This document shows, in pieces, positions 1-12,711 of a stretch of DNA of 45,906 nt (position 1 is its first letter; each line of letters opens with the position of its first letter). The translations under genes were made by a program, and so were the position numbers. The DNA lies in NCBI RefSeq assembly GCF_004010195.1, contig NC_057720.1:34018782-34064687 (forward strand). Direction: 5' to 3'. Origin of the DNA: Chiloscyllium plagiosum. Its lineage: Eukaryota. The notes under the pieces are model-generated. The model searched no databases. It saw only the letters and a list, made by a program, of their open reading frames with translations, and was not told the origin of the DNA.

Positions 1-59
1 CTCTCGGGTATATATCTATGTAGTTCTAAATTAACTGCAACTATATGTTCACAAGCGTG

Positions 60-2290
60 ATTTTCCTTACATCCATACCCTAGATGTTCCAGGGTTTAGA
101 ACATTTAAAAAAAACAGGGAAGGTGGAAAAAGAGTAGGAGGTGTAGCTTTGCTAATTAGAGAGTGCATCACAGCTACAGAAACAAAGGTTGTCAAGGAAG
201 GTTGTCTACTGAGTCACTTTGGGTGGAAGTTAGGAACAGCAAGGGTTTTCTACAGACCCCCTAATAGCAGTAGAGAGATTGAACAACTCAGGCTGGAAGA
301 GGAGCTTCTTGTCAAAAGGAAGAAGGCAGCTTACGTAAGGTGGAGGAAGCAAGGCTCTAGCACAGCTTTAGAGGATTACAGGCTTACTAGAAAGGAGCTC
401 AGAAATGGACAAGAGAGCCAGTAGGGGGCACAAAAAAGGCTTAGCAGGAAAGATTACGGATAACCCAAAGACATTTTATTCATGCATGAGGAATAAGAGA
501 ATGATCAAGGAAAAGGTAGGGTCAGTCAAGGATAGCATAGGGGCCTTGTACTTGGAGTCTGTGCAGATAGAGGAAGCCCTAAATGAGGTTTTTGCATTGG
601 TTTTCACAAGGGAAAAGGATTTTGTTGTGAATGATAACTTTGAGGAGCTGGAAACAGGATGAAAAGATCAAGATTGATGAAGTTGATGTACTGGAAATTT
701 TGGCAAGCATTAAGATTGATACTGGCCAGCGCCAGACCAGATTTATCCTAGACTGCTCCGGGAAGCGAGAAAGGAAGATGCTAAGCCACTGGCGAAAATC
801 TTTGCTTCATCACTCTCCAAGGGAGTCGTACCGGAGGATCGGAGGGAGGTGAATGTTGTTCTTCTTTTCAAGAAGTGGAATAGGGAAACCCCTGGCAATT
901 ACAGACCAGTCAGTCTTATGTCTGTGGTCAGCAAAGTTTTGGAAAGAATTCTGAGGAATAGGATTTTCGACTATTTGGAAAAGCATAGCATGATTAAAGG
1001 CAGTCAGCTTGGGTTTGTGAGGGGCAGGTCCTGCCTCATGAATCTTATTGGCTCTCTGAGGAAGTGATGAGACAGGTCGATGAAGGTGGAGCAGTAGATG
1101 TGGTGTATATGGACTTCAGCAAGGCATTTGATAAGATTCCCCATTGTAGGCTCCTTCATAAAGTCAGGAAGTATGGGATACAGGGAGATTTGGCTGTCTG
1201 GATTCAGAATTGGCTGGCTGACAGAAGGCAGAGAGTGATTGTAGATGGAAAATATTCTGGTTGGAGGTCAGTGGTGAGTGGTGTCCCGCAGGGCTCTGTT
1301 CTTGGGCCTCTGCTCTTTGTAGTTTTTATTAATTACTTGATGAGGAGGTTGAGGGATGGGTTAGTAAATTTGCCATTGACGCAAAGGTTGGAGGTGCCTT
1401 CGATAGTATTGAGGGCTATTGCATGTTGCAATGCGACATAAACAGGATGCAGAGCTGGGCTGAGAAATGGCAGATGGAGTTCAACCTGGATAAATACAAA
1501 GTGATGCATTTTGGAAAGTCGAACTTGAATGCTGAATATAGGATTAAAGACAGGATTCTTGGCAGTGTGGAGGAACAGAGGGATCTTGGTATTCAAGTGC
1601 ATAGATCCCTCAGCATTGCCACCCAAGTGGATAGGGTTGTTAAGAAAGCATATGGTGTTTTGGCTTTCATTAGCAGGGGGATTGAGCTTAAGAGCCGTGA
1701 GGTTTTGCTGCAACTCTACAAGTCCCTGGTGAGACCACACTTGGAGTAATGTGCCCAGTTCTGGTCGCCCTATTATAGGAAAGATATGGAGGCTTTGGAG
1801 AGGGTGCAGAGGAGGTTTACCAGGATGCTGCCCAGACTGGAGGGCTTGTCTTACTAAGAGAGGTTGACAAAGCTCAGACTTTTCTCTCTGGGGAGAAGGA
1901 GGAAGAGAGGTGAACTGATCAAGGTATACAAGGTAATGAGAGGCATGGATTGGAGTCAATAGCCAGAGACTTTTCCCCAGGTCAGGATTGACTGGCACGA
2001 GGGGTCATAGTTTTCAGATATTAGGAGGAAGGTATAGAGGGGACGTTAGAGGTAGCTTCTTTATGCAGACAGTTGTGAGTGCATGGAATGCGTTGTTAGC
2101 AGTGGTGGTGGAAGCAGAGTCATTAGGGACAGTTAAGCGCCTGCTGGGCATGAACATGGACAGCAGTGAATTCAGGGGTGTGTAGGTAAGGTTGTTTTCT
2201 TTTAGATTAGGAATAATCCTCGGCACAACATCATGGGCCGAAGGGCCAGTTCTGTGCTTTACTTTTCTATGTTCTATGTCTGTGTTCTAT
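60..2290 (+). mobile_element. CR1-clade LINE (HER1-like), decayed ORF2 with internal deletion and intact 3' tail
   Basis: Endonuclease remnants (GGVALLIRE, FYRPPNS) followed by RT motifs GNYRPVSL, VYMDFSKAFDK, GVPQGSVLGPLLF, WQMEFN and LVRPHLE, with stops and frameshifts. Ends in the ttctatgttctatg tail. Confidence 0.92.
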
Positions 2291-3316
2291 TTCCGGTGGA
2301 AAATTGTCTGATTTTGTTAGTACCCTTCCCCATAGCTGTGCTTAGCATGAAGAAAAATTACTGCATTGATTTGAGGCATTACTTTTTGAATGAGACAGGT
2401 TGCAGCCCCATCTGCCCTTTAAAGCCAATGAAGACAAAGGCATTTTCCACAAAACAGGATTTCCTCATGTCATGTCTCACATTTATATCTCAATCATGAT
2501 TTTGAAGTAAACAAGACACCGAGTTATTTATCTCATTATTATTGATAAGAGCTTGTACTTAAATTGATTGACATTTTTCCCAAGATATCAACAGGGACTG
2601 AATTTCTAAAGTTACTAGATAAGCCATCAAATGCTTTTGACATATTGAGATCTTTAAAAGGCATGGTATGGTACAAGTTAATTCCACCATTGTTTTGGGT
2701 GCGTGTCGGGCACAGAATTGGGAAAGAATGAATTCCCTGAAATTGGCTCAAGAGAGAAAAGTTGGGAATGGCCTTGTGACATGAGTTGAAGCCCTTTGAG
2801 TGTTGCACCAGCCAGACATAGGCCATCTTACACTATTTGAAGAGGCCGCTCAGTAAAAGCCAGTAACCTCCTTGTATACTCATTGGGCCAGTACCATGGA
2901 CCCTATTCCCAGGTATTAAGGACCGCCAACTAGGAAGGTTACACTTATTCCCTCAAGAACAAACCCTTGTCCGTGCCTGATTGGCATAAACAGCCCCTGC
3001 TTCATACTGGGGGCTTGTCATTGTTGCCATTCTGGCCATTGCTCCTGGTGCCCTATTGGAATGAAGAGCTTTTGGGCCTCTGACTGACCAGCAGCTCCTG
3101 GAGGTGGATGTTATGCCCTTAAAGGATCAGAATCTCAAACAGCAGACAACTATTTGCCAGATATGTCAGTGGTAGGATCCTACCACTAGCTTTGCAGCCC
3201 ACGTCCACAGGTATTAAAACCAAGCTCATAAATGCATGGTGTTTTGTTACTATTTTAGTCCACATCAATTCCAAATAAACTGATGGACTCTAATTTCCAA
3301 ACTCTGAATCTTTTGT

Positions 3317-4302
3317 GGTGCTGGATCTACTGCTGTTTGTCATCTACATAAATAATTTGGATGTGAACATAAGAGGTATAGTTAGTAAGTTTGCAGATGA
3401 CACCAAAAATTGGAGGTGTAGTGGAAAGCGAAGACAGACACCTCAGAGTACAATGGGATCTTGATCAGATGGGCCAATGGATTGAGGAGTGGCAGATGGA
3501 GTTTAATTTAGATAAATGTGAGGTGCTGCACTTTGGAAAGGCAAATCAGGGCAGGATTTATACACTTAATAGTAAGGTCCTCGGGCGTGTTGCTGAACAA
3601 AGAGACCTTGGACTTCAGTTTCATAGCTCTTTGAAAGTAGAGTCACAGGTAACTGGGATAGTGAAAAAGGAATTTGGTATGCTTTCTGTTATTGCTCAGA
3701 GTATTGAGTACAGCAGTTGGAGGGTCATGTTGCAGTTGTGCAGGGCATTGGTTAGGCCACTTTTGGAATATTGTGTGCAGTTCTGGTCTCCCTGCTATAG
3801 GAAGGATGTTGTGAAACTTGGAAGAGTTCAGAAAATATTTACAAGGATGTTGTCAGGGTTGGCGGTTTTGAGCTATAGCGAGAGGCTAAATTGGCTGGGG
3901 CTGTTTTCCCTGGAACGGCGGAGGCTGAGGGGTGACCTCATAGAGGTTTATGGGGGCATGGATAGGGTTAATGGGCAAGGTCTTTTCCCTGGGATGCTGG
4001 AATCCAGAACTAGAGGGCATAGGTTTAAGGTGAGAGGGGAAAGATTTAAAAGGGACCTAAGGGACAACTTTTTCATGCAGAGGGTGGTGCACGTGTGGAA
4101 TGAGTTGCCAGAGGAAGTGGTGGAGGCTGGTACAATTATAGCATATAAAAGGCATCTGGGTGGGTGTATGGTTCGGAAGGATTTAGAAAGATATGGGCCA
4201 AGTGCTGGCAAACGGGACTAGATTAGTTTAGGGTATCTGGTTGGCATGGATGAGTTGGGCCGAAGGATCTGTTTCTGTGCTGTACATTTCTATGACTCTA
4301 TG
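3317..4302 (+). mobile_element. 5'-truncated CR1 LINE 3' end
   Basis: ORF 3391-4221 contains WQMEFNLDKCEVLHFG, LVRPLLEYCVQFWSP, RRLRGDLIE and TRGH; 3' tail ctatgactctatg. Confidence 0.93.
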
Positions 4303-5727
4303 CCATTTTATATTGCTGTACCTACTCTGTCAGTATGCTGGCTGACGAAAGCCATTATTGTTTGGCAGGTGGCACTTTATCTTGCTACCAACTCATGGCA
4401 TTCAGAACAAGAACGCTTTCTAGATCTTTCACAGAATAGGCACATGCACAGGAATTTAGCAAGTTTGAAGTTCACAAATATTTAAATGAATCTTTGTACT
4501 GTTTATCGAATTTAACACTAAAAGATGTTTTAAATTTAACTTGTCGTGCTAGACATGTTCTCTGCATTGTGTCTGTTGGCTGTAGAATGATGTGATTGTT
4601 ATGCAGTACTTGTCTGAGGATGACTAGTACTGAAACAATGCCATGGAGCAGGAGGCAATTGATGGGTAGTTTTTTGTGTCTGTTCACTGAGCCATTAGCA
4701 GTGTGGGTTTCCTGATATCTGGCTCTTAGAAATACGACTGAAATGGAAATCAGCAGGCAGTTCACTGAAAGTTTACCTGCTGAGTTGATGGAGAAACACT
4801 TTATCAACAAAAGCTTGTCCTGAAAAATTACATATCAATATCAAATTAGTTACATTATTTGTCACATTGGCATGTGTCTTGAGAACATGTAGTGCCTTCC
4901 CAATAAAGTAGTTAATAACTAGCCAGACTCCAGTAAACTGTTGGCTAAGATTCATGGCATTATACACAAGTGCCAAGTTGGGGCCTAGCAACAAAGGTTA
5001 TCTGAAGCCGATTTAGTTGAAACATGGAACTCAGGATCTTGTCAATTTCTCCCGACTCTTTATGCATGTGTCACCTCCATTCAAAAAAAATGTTTTATCA
5101 TCTCCTTTCATAAAGAATTTTACAAATCCAATGCTTGAAGGCAAACTTGCTGCTGGTGGTCTAAAACAATATTGTACAGCTAAATCTATTTCAACCGCTT
5201 GATTCTCCTGACTACCAGTCAGTGACATAGTGACACCTATGTTGCCCAAAAAGGAGTACTCAAATGTTTTCGCTAGGCAATCTTCCCATGTGTGACAGAC
5301 GAAAGGCAGGGAACTGACTCAAAATTGAATTAAACCAATCCATTTTATTTTAACTCTTTAAGTACCAATGCTCAATATAAATCATACATTCATTGCAACA
5401 TTTACTTCTTATTTCATCTCACTTAGCCTCGACTTTCACTCACTTCATTTAACTTAACTCTACCTTAGCTGTAACTTCATCAACATTTAACCATAACTTC
5501 TACTTTAATTCTAAAAATTTGGCTTGAATCAACTACTACCCCAATTTGTGTAAATTAGCCAATTTTGTTCTCCGTGTAGGTCTTGCGTCATGGTTCTTTG
5601 TCTTCTCTGAACTTTAGGGCGCGTGTTTCTCAAATGAGGTCACAAAGGCTTCTCCTGAGAAAATTCCTTTGTTCTGCCAACTTATCTTTAAACGTTCTCC
5701 ATTTCCAGAAAGATCCCTGGCACTCAG

Positions 5728-7563
5728 TGTCATGATTGTAAGAAAGTTAGCCAGCTTGACCTCATAGAATGTAAGTTAGTTGATTAGGGCTGTTAATCTG
5801 GGAGTCCTAGCTGACAGATAAAAAGGGGTGTGTCCTTGTTCAGTGGTGCTGTGGAGTCCGTGGACCATGTATATATTGGATGTGGGCACTTGCACTCCCT
5901 TTTTGATTTTCTCAAAAACCTCCTTCTCTGTTTTTGGTTGCACTTCAGTCCCACGCTCCTGATCTTCGGGCACCCGGTACGGAGGGGGGAGGGCAGGTCT
6001 GAAGACCTCCTCATGGATCTGCTCCTGGGCCTGGCCAAACTGGCCATAAACAGGTCCAGGCAGTGGGCCGTGGAGGGGTCATTAGGGCCAACTGCCTGCC
6101 CCTCTTCCGTGGTTACATTAGAACCCGGGTGTCTCTGGAGAAGGAGCACGCGGTGTCCACCAACACCCTGGAGTTGTTCAGGGAGAGGTGGGCGCTGCGG
6201 GGAGTGAAGTGTATTATTTCCCTGTCCAATTCTATTTTGATTTAACCCCTGCCCTCCCCTTCACTGTTTGATCACACAGCATTGCCCTTTGATGAGAAGG
6301 GCACTGCTTGTCACTGGCCACTTGGGTGTTTCCTTTCTTCCTGGTGGTGGAAACTGAATAAAGGTTCGTGCACCTTGTGTCTTTCACTGTGTCTCACACC
6401 TGCACACACACAACGTAAATAAGAAGGAAAAAATATTAAAGAAAAAAAAGAAAAAATGGGGGAGTGTCAAAGATACTGACACTGTGATAGCTGACATTGA
6501 AGAAGCAGTCCTATTGTCAAGGACTGTTCATGTGTAAATAAAGGATGATGGGATACCGACCTCTGTGGAATTAATTAAGTGACAACGAGAGTAGTGTGTT
6601 CCTGAATAAACTTCCTCATAACAGTCATCTTTGAGTTGGGGTAAGCATTGTTTTTACAGGAAGCTTGACTCATTTGACCCTGCTGTCGAGGACTGGGCCC
6701 CATATGTGGAAAGATTGTTTTTTTTTCCCAGACAAAAGACATTGTGGCAGATGAAAAGCAATGAGTAATTCTCCTGACTGCCTGTGGAGCTGCGGGTTTT
6801 ACTGTTATTAAGAGCCTAACTTTCCCTAAAGCACCAGATACTAAAACCTTTCAAGAATTGACAAACATAGTTAAAGAATATAGCCAGAATCATGGGATTG
6901 GCCCCACATGTGTAACAGGTATGGTTGACGTGAGGTCAAGATCAGTATAAGGTTCAGGTAGACGCAATGATCCATGAACAAGCACATGGACTATATGAAA
7001 AATGCAAATTTACAAACAGTGCGAGAGTAAAATGTACCCTGCCCTCAGAACAGTCAAAAAGACTGCTGGAACCTGTGAGTTCACCCTCTCCGTCAAGCAT
7101 CGATAGGCCCTCAGAATCAGAGATGGATGTAATGGATGTAGCTGCCTTAACGTCATTGCCGCAGGAAGGAGCGAATGAAATTTTGCCGAAGTGCTCCTGG
7201 TGCAAGAAGTGAGTTCCTTTGCATTACACGCTGCCCTGTATCGAATGCCAAGTCAGAGGAACCTAATCTGGTGCTAAAATGTCCAGGTGGTTCTCCAAGA
7301 TAAAGGACCAGCCTATGTCCTTAGCTTCAGGTGGGATGGGACATCATTATTGTAACAAGATCAACCAGCTGCACCTTAACATGAGTTCCATGATTGCAAC
7401 TGTTAATCTGGTCCAAAAAGAGAGCCCTGGCTGACACATAAAATAGGGAGCAACAGAGATACTGACCTTCTGATAGTTGATTCTGAAAAGGCAGTACTAA
7501 AGTCAAGGACTGGTCATGTGTTAAAAAGGGTGATGGGCTACTGGCTTCTGTGGAGTTATTTCA
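5728..7563 (+). mobile_element. Internally deleted Gypsy/Ty3 (Mag-like) LTR retrotransposon with both LTRs and 5-bp TSD
   Basis: 5' LTR 5728-6578 (interrupted by a Tx1 fragment) aligns by eye to 3' LTR 7342-7563 (shared ctgttaatctgg, gctgaca.ataaa, agatactgac, gtcaaggactg.tcatgtgt, tctgtgga). CTCAG flanks both ends (5723-5727, 7564-7568). PBS-like gtgacaacgag at 6579; Gag N-terminus remnant GKLDSFDPAVEDWAPYVERL...ILLTACG...KTFQEL at about 6659-6880; integrase C-terminal remnant YKVQVD..KHMDYMK; purine tract aggtgggatggga before the 3' LTR. Confidence 0.85.
5835..6454 (+). mobile_element. 5'-truncated L1/Tx1-clade non-LTR retrotransposon inserted in the Gypsy 5' LTR
   Basis: C-terminal zinc-knuckle-like remnant (LFSGAVESVDHVYIGC) and LLLGLAKLAINRSR...FRERW, followed by a 3' UTR with AATAAA and an A-rich tail (6418-6456). 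Imperfect TSD aaaaggggtgtgtc (5821-5834) / aatgggggagtgtc (6455-6468). Confidence 0.82.
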
Positions 7564-10500
7564 CTCAGTCAGTGAATGATCAAAGCCTGATCACATTGTT
7601 CAATCCCAACCAATGGAGTTTATTGGTAAACCACTCCCAAATAAGTCATAATTCATAAACAGCAATATTCCATGCTCCATATAAGGTAATAAGGTGTCAG
7701 AATGTCTAGAAACACCATGAGACTTTCCCTATTTGGTAAACACAGGAAACTACAGATCACAACAGGTCCTGGCTACAGTTTTAACTGACATCCAAATTTA
7801 AACTACCTTGACCAAAACTCCCAGTATGCCTGATTTTAGCTCTTAGCCAGTCTAGTAGCCACCTGACCACACTTATCTACCCCACCCACCAAAAAGGAAG
7901 TGCAGCAGGAAGGGAACTTTCTAACACATTTGAAATTGCCTATTCTTGTAGTTTGTTAATTTTCTGCATAATTCCTTTCTGAATCTTGACTTTGTATTCT
8001 ATCATTTGCCAGGCATACTGTGAAGCAGACTTTGTTTTGGATGATCACTGCTGTCTCATATGTTTTCAGTGTCAGTTATGTTGTGTTTTTAAAAAATCAC
8101 TCACCAGGTCAGAGCTATTATCTAGAAGCAAATAAGTTCTGACAATTCTGTCAAAGCACATTGGTTCCAATATCTGAGTACGAGGAGGATTTACTGGACA
8201 GCTCAATATATAACTTAATAATTGTGTTCAATCTTTGTACTTCCAATTGACATTAAATGACATATAGAAAAATATTAAATGCAATTGTGGAACTGTGCAA
8301 GCAGTTCAAAAATATAACCAGACCTAATGTCCGTGATTATTAAACAAATGTCAGATTTTGTGTAGACGAGAGAGTGTCACATTGTGTCCTATTGAAAGAT
8401 CTTTGTAAGATGAACAAAGTCATTGCACTTTTGCCACTCCAGTGAATTGAGGAGATTACATAGTGCGCTACAGCTGACAGATTCTGACACTAATTCTGGA
8501 ACAATTCCATTTTACATAGGCAGCTGCTTTTCCCATCAGCCCTTGAGAGCCAAGCATTCAGCATATGAACCTGAACAAAACAATTGTCATCGACTGTCTG
8601 ATTCCATTTTCACTCTTGAGCGAGTTAGAATGTACCAATTCTCATTATAGCACAGATAACAAGAGATAAACAAGCACTTTCAAAACCACAACAAAGACTG
8701 AGCTGCTATGCTTATAACTATAAATAGAATGTAACCGGTTGAAAGGAAGGTGATGGTGAGGTTTGATTGTTGATACCTAATAACAAAAAATGACACACAA
8801 TGCATAGTTTTCTATTGTAAAAATTAATTCTGGGTTTAATTTGCTTTTTTGAACAAAATGAGGAATGTTAGTGCTGTAATGAAAAACTATCTCAATTTGA
8901 CATATTTGACAAATGTAAGAACACTCATTAGTCTTAATATAATTTTGTTATAATGCATAATTGTGCTCCTTCGATCGAAATGATTCCATTATTACCTTAA
9001 CACAGTGTGTTTAGCTTAGTCTTAGATGAACATTAGTAAGCCAATTGACTTGACGAGTCTGCTCCACCATTCAATAAAGACCATGGCTGATCTGATTACT
9101 CGCTAATCGAGAAATCGAGCTGCATTCCTGTAAATGTTCCTCATAGTCAACAGTGCAACCTTTCCGAAGAGTCAATATTTTTTAAAAGAATATGTTTTAT
9201 TCATAAAATTTATAAAAGTAGACAACATAACAGTTCAACTTTGACATGACAGAAAGTGCAATAAAATTCAATGTGTCCTAGTACTGTGCAGGGCATAATT
9301 ACCAGTTATAATTACATTATACATTTACATTTCATGTCAAACTACCTTTGATACATAATAGCCTGAAGAATTTTTCATGAGTTTGTGTGCTATGACAGGA
9401 AGGACTTCGACAAGTTTTTCCTTACTGAACCATGACAGTGGCTTCCCCAGGTTTCAGAATGGCCTTTGGCATTTTGTCATGGAGCTGTGATTGCATCAGT
9501 CTACAACACTCAGTCAACTATAGCTCCTTCACTGCAAGGGCTGCAAGTTTTATGAAAATCATTCACCGAATTATAAGTCCTCCAGCAGCAGTTTATATTT
9601 ATCTCAGCATGTGTCCTGGGAACAGCCCATATAGCACAGCATGCTTCTGTTATGAAGGGGCTAGGAATGAAACTCAGCAAAATAAAACATCCTTTTTCTG
9701 GAATTTGTTTGCAAAGATACAATTCAGAAGATGGTGGTGGCGACAGTTTATTCCCCACCACAGTCTGTCTCAACAGATGTAAGTTTTGGTACTCAGATGT
9801 TGACTGTACATGAAAATATGACAGCTCAGGCCCTTCTTATAACCAGCAGACAAAATCTTGATGCTTATTTGTAAGTTTGGGAGGTGAGGCAGTCTGCCAG
9901 ATGACTTCTATGGTGTCTTACGGAATTGTCCAATAGGATGCACCATCGTATTTTCCTGCAGATCCTTGAGGATATTGCGTGAGTTGTGGTCAGTGGTATT
10001 TTACAACATAAACGTTTCTGTTAGGAGGTGGTGAATGACACAGTCCAACCAAATGGAGTGTTCAGCAGCAGTATGGCCTGATCCATCCTTTTCAATAATG
10101 GGGACAGGTAAAACCTCAGCGTGCAATATCTCTTGGTTTTGCACACTGAGGACCTAGATACAATTCAATGCAGCCAATCACAAAGGTGGTGTTAGGTTCA
10201 TTTACACCTCTTTATCTGGAGATTTGCGGATAATGCTCCTGCGAACACAATCCACTTTTAATGTCCAGATATAATGGAAGTTGATGTGAGTGATGGCATG
10301 GTGCAGGAACAGGGTTTGGGCTAGACCAGTGATTTGTACAGCACATGGAAAGCACCTCACACCCAATGATCAGGTTCTTATGAGCAATGGAGATGGGGCG
10401 TCACTCCCACATCCCCAGTCCCTGGTTTACCTTGTCAAGTTTCACCTGCACATCCATCAATGTCATTTATTGTATCCGTTGCTCCCGATGCGGTCTCCTC

Positions 10501-10850
10501 TACATTGGGGAGACTGGACGCCTCCTCACAGAGTGCCTCAGGGAACATCTCCAGGACACCCGCACCAATCAATCTCATCGCTCGTGGCCCAATATTTAAA
10601 CTTCCCCCTCCCACTCTGCTGAGGACATGCAGGTCCTGAGCCTCCTCCACCACTGCTCCCTCACCACCCGATGCTTGAGGAAGAACGCCTCATTTTCCGC
10701 CTTGGAACACTTCAACCCCAGGGCATCAATGTGGACTTCATCAGTTTCCTCATTTCCCCTTCCCCCACCTTACCCCAGTTCCAAACTTCCAGCTCAGCAC
10801 TGTCCTCATGACCTGTCCTACCTGACAATCTCCCTTCCCCCCATCTGCTC

Positions 10851-10861
10851 NNNNNNNNNNN
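10851..10861. other. Assembly gap (11 N)
   Basis: Run of 11 n bases. Confidence 0.99.
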
Positions 10862-10914
10862 GCCATACCCCCCCACCCCCATTTATCTCTCCACCCTGGA
10901 GGTTCCCTGCCTCT

Positions 10915-10950
10915 ATTCCTGATGAAGGGCTTTTGCCCGAAACATCGATT
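10915..10950 (+). ncRNA. Minimal type-I hammerhead ribozyme motif in Penelope pLTR (helix III mutated)
   Basis: CTGATGA-a-GGGC-tttt-GCCC-GAAAC-ATC. Core boxes and helix II are intact; the ACGT palindrome is changed to ACAT. Confidence 0.65.
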
Positions 10951-11279
10951 TTTCCTGCTCCTAGGATGCTGCCTGACCTGCTGTGCTTTTCCAGCACCAG
11001 TCTGATCTAAACCCCCATGTTCTCGTTTCAGTTTATTGCACAAGCCCTGATCAACCTGAGTCATCTTCCATGAAATGGTGTGATCTGATGATGAGAGGGC
11101 AAAACTAATTCAGTTCACAGAACATGGCCTCTCTTGCCTTGATAGGATTTGACTTCTGAAACTGGTGTGAACTGCTCTACATCTGGAGTTTAGTGTATAC
11201 ATACTGATCACTGTTGAAAGCAGTTCAGAAAATGCTTACTCAAGTAATACCTTGGATGAGTTGATTGCTGAGGAGCCTT

Positions 11280-11600
11280 GACTGGGTGAATGTGGGAAGG
11301 ATGATTCCACTTGTGAGAGAATCAAGAGCTAGGAGCCATGTTTAAAAATAAGGGAGCACCCATTTCAGAGACAAGAAAACATTTTTTTTTACCTCAGAGA
11401 GCTGTGAGTGTTTGGAATTCCCTTCCTTAAAAGGTAGTGGGTCCAGAAACTTTAAATAGCTTGAAGGCAGAGGGAAATAGATTCTTGATTGCCAAGAGGA
11501 TGAATGATATACAGCAATATAGAGTTGACATCAAAATCAGATAAGGCATTCTTATTGAATGGTGGAGCAGGCTGAGGATAGAATGACCTATTCTTGTTCC
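11280..11600 (+). mobile_element. Decayed CR1 3' end fragment
   Basis: gatgattccacttgtgagagaatcaagagctagg, ctcagagagctgtgagtgtttggaattccc and attgaatggtggagcaggct resemble the other CR1 tails in the window. Confidence 0.65.
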
Positions 11601-12711
11601 TTGATCATATGGTCATAGCTGCTGATCAATCTGTGCAGAGACAGCAATATCATCAATATTCAGGGAGCCTTTCACCTGCGGGCCTATTCTGCTTTAGATT
11701 GTTACCTCCATTAACCTTGCATCCTTCATGAAGTTTGATAAAGTGCAAAAGTAAGATATAGGAGAGACGATAGCCTTGTCTGACTCTAGAATTGACTGAA
11801 AAGCTTTCTCATTCCCAATCATTAATTGAAAATGTGCTACTGATGTTTGTACCTATGTGTGGAGCAGTTAGGATCCAGCTATGAATTTCCCTCCACAAAG
11901 ATTGAATTTTGACATGTCTAATATTGATTACGAGGGATTTGAGGTAGTTGTCTGTCATTCTTGACATATCTTATAATGAACCTTTTCGGATTGTTTTGGT
12001 AAGACTTAGGGTAGAATTTTGGCCAACAATCTACTGGAACATGTTTGAAAATAAAACAAGGGAACTGCATCCAAACCAGTGAAGAGTTGGCTAAGAACTA
12101 TATTCCGTAAGAATTTTCTTGCTTTCAGTTGTTTAAAGTGAGACATGTCCAGTGTAACTACCTTACGTACAGTTATCTATTCAGATACTAAGAGCATCTG
12201 CATCTGTGAAGATTCTAAAGGTTTGGGAGGTAATGGGAATTTCTTGAAGTTGCTTGGCACAACTTATTGTAGGACTCCGCTCTTGATGAATTGCAACTAT
12301 TTTTCTCAATAACGGAAGTATCTTATACTGTTCAGTATTGTGAGCAATAGTGTTATGGTGAAACCTAAATGATTATATTTCATCCCAGGCTATGGATAAA
12401 ATCTTTAATCTCATTTTATCTGTCGATCTCCTCCCCAGACCTCTCAGATCATAGTCCCTCAATCCTGAACAGCCCACTTCTAATTCCTTCCTAACCTCCA
12501 CAAACAGGATTGCCTGGGCAAACTCATTGTTTCTGCCTGCTCCTGTTCCACAGAACTCATCTCTTCATACTTCATATGAATTATTTTCTCCTCTTGTCCA
12601 GTCCCTTTCGACTTACATCTGCGAATCCTCTGATGCTCTACGTCAATTTCAGAATTTCAGTTCATGAGCTTTGGATGCTGCCTCTTTAGAATGGTCTCAG
12701 GGATCTCCATT

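Larger units (their letters stand above)
10413..11010 (+). mobile_element. Penelope-like element 3' fragment (GIY-YIG endonuclease plus pLTR)
   Basis: FTCTSINVIYCIRCSRCGLLYIGETGRLL...REH GIY-YIG signature, followed by the pLTR motif cctgatgaagggcttttgcccgaaac...gctgcctgacctgctgtgcttttccagc. Confidence 0.9.
9190..12350 (-). mobile_element. Old, highly decayed Tx1/L1-clade LINE interrupted by younger Penelope and CR1 insertions
   Basis: Minus-strand remnants in correct order: RVRQGYRLSP (GVRQGCPLSP motif, about 11760-11790), SLNIDDIAV (YxDD motif, about 11640-11668), CGGE*TV..HLLNC zinc knuckle (about 9718-9762), THAEININCCWRT (about 9578-9615), and AATAAA near 9196-9201. Confidence 0.6.

Noticed and set aside
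849..1749. Retron or other functional reverse-transcriptase system
   Set aside because: The RT motifs are CR1-type, broken by stops and frameshifts, and repeated as decayed copies throughout the window.
1333..1998. 221-aa minus-strand ORF and similar antisense ORFs (33884-34402, 38409-38882, 44073-44525)
   Set aside because: They are antisense or off-frame readings of CR1, Penelope or Tigger remnants with no independent protein motifs.
6967..7212. 81-aa Ser/Pro-rich ORF as a host exon
   Set aside because: It lies inside the Gypsy element, in the low-complexity tail after the integrase remnant.
5289..7763. Minus-strand solo LTR hosting the Gypsy insertion (tgtgtgaca...cacaaca)
   Set aside because: TG...CA ends and a reverse AATAAA are present, but there is no TSD and no second copy in the window to support it.
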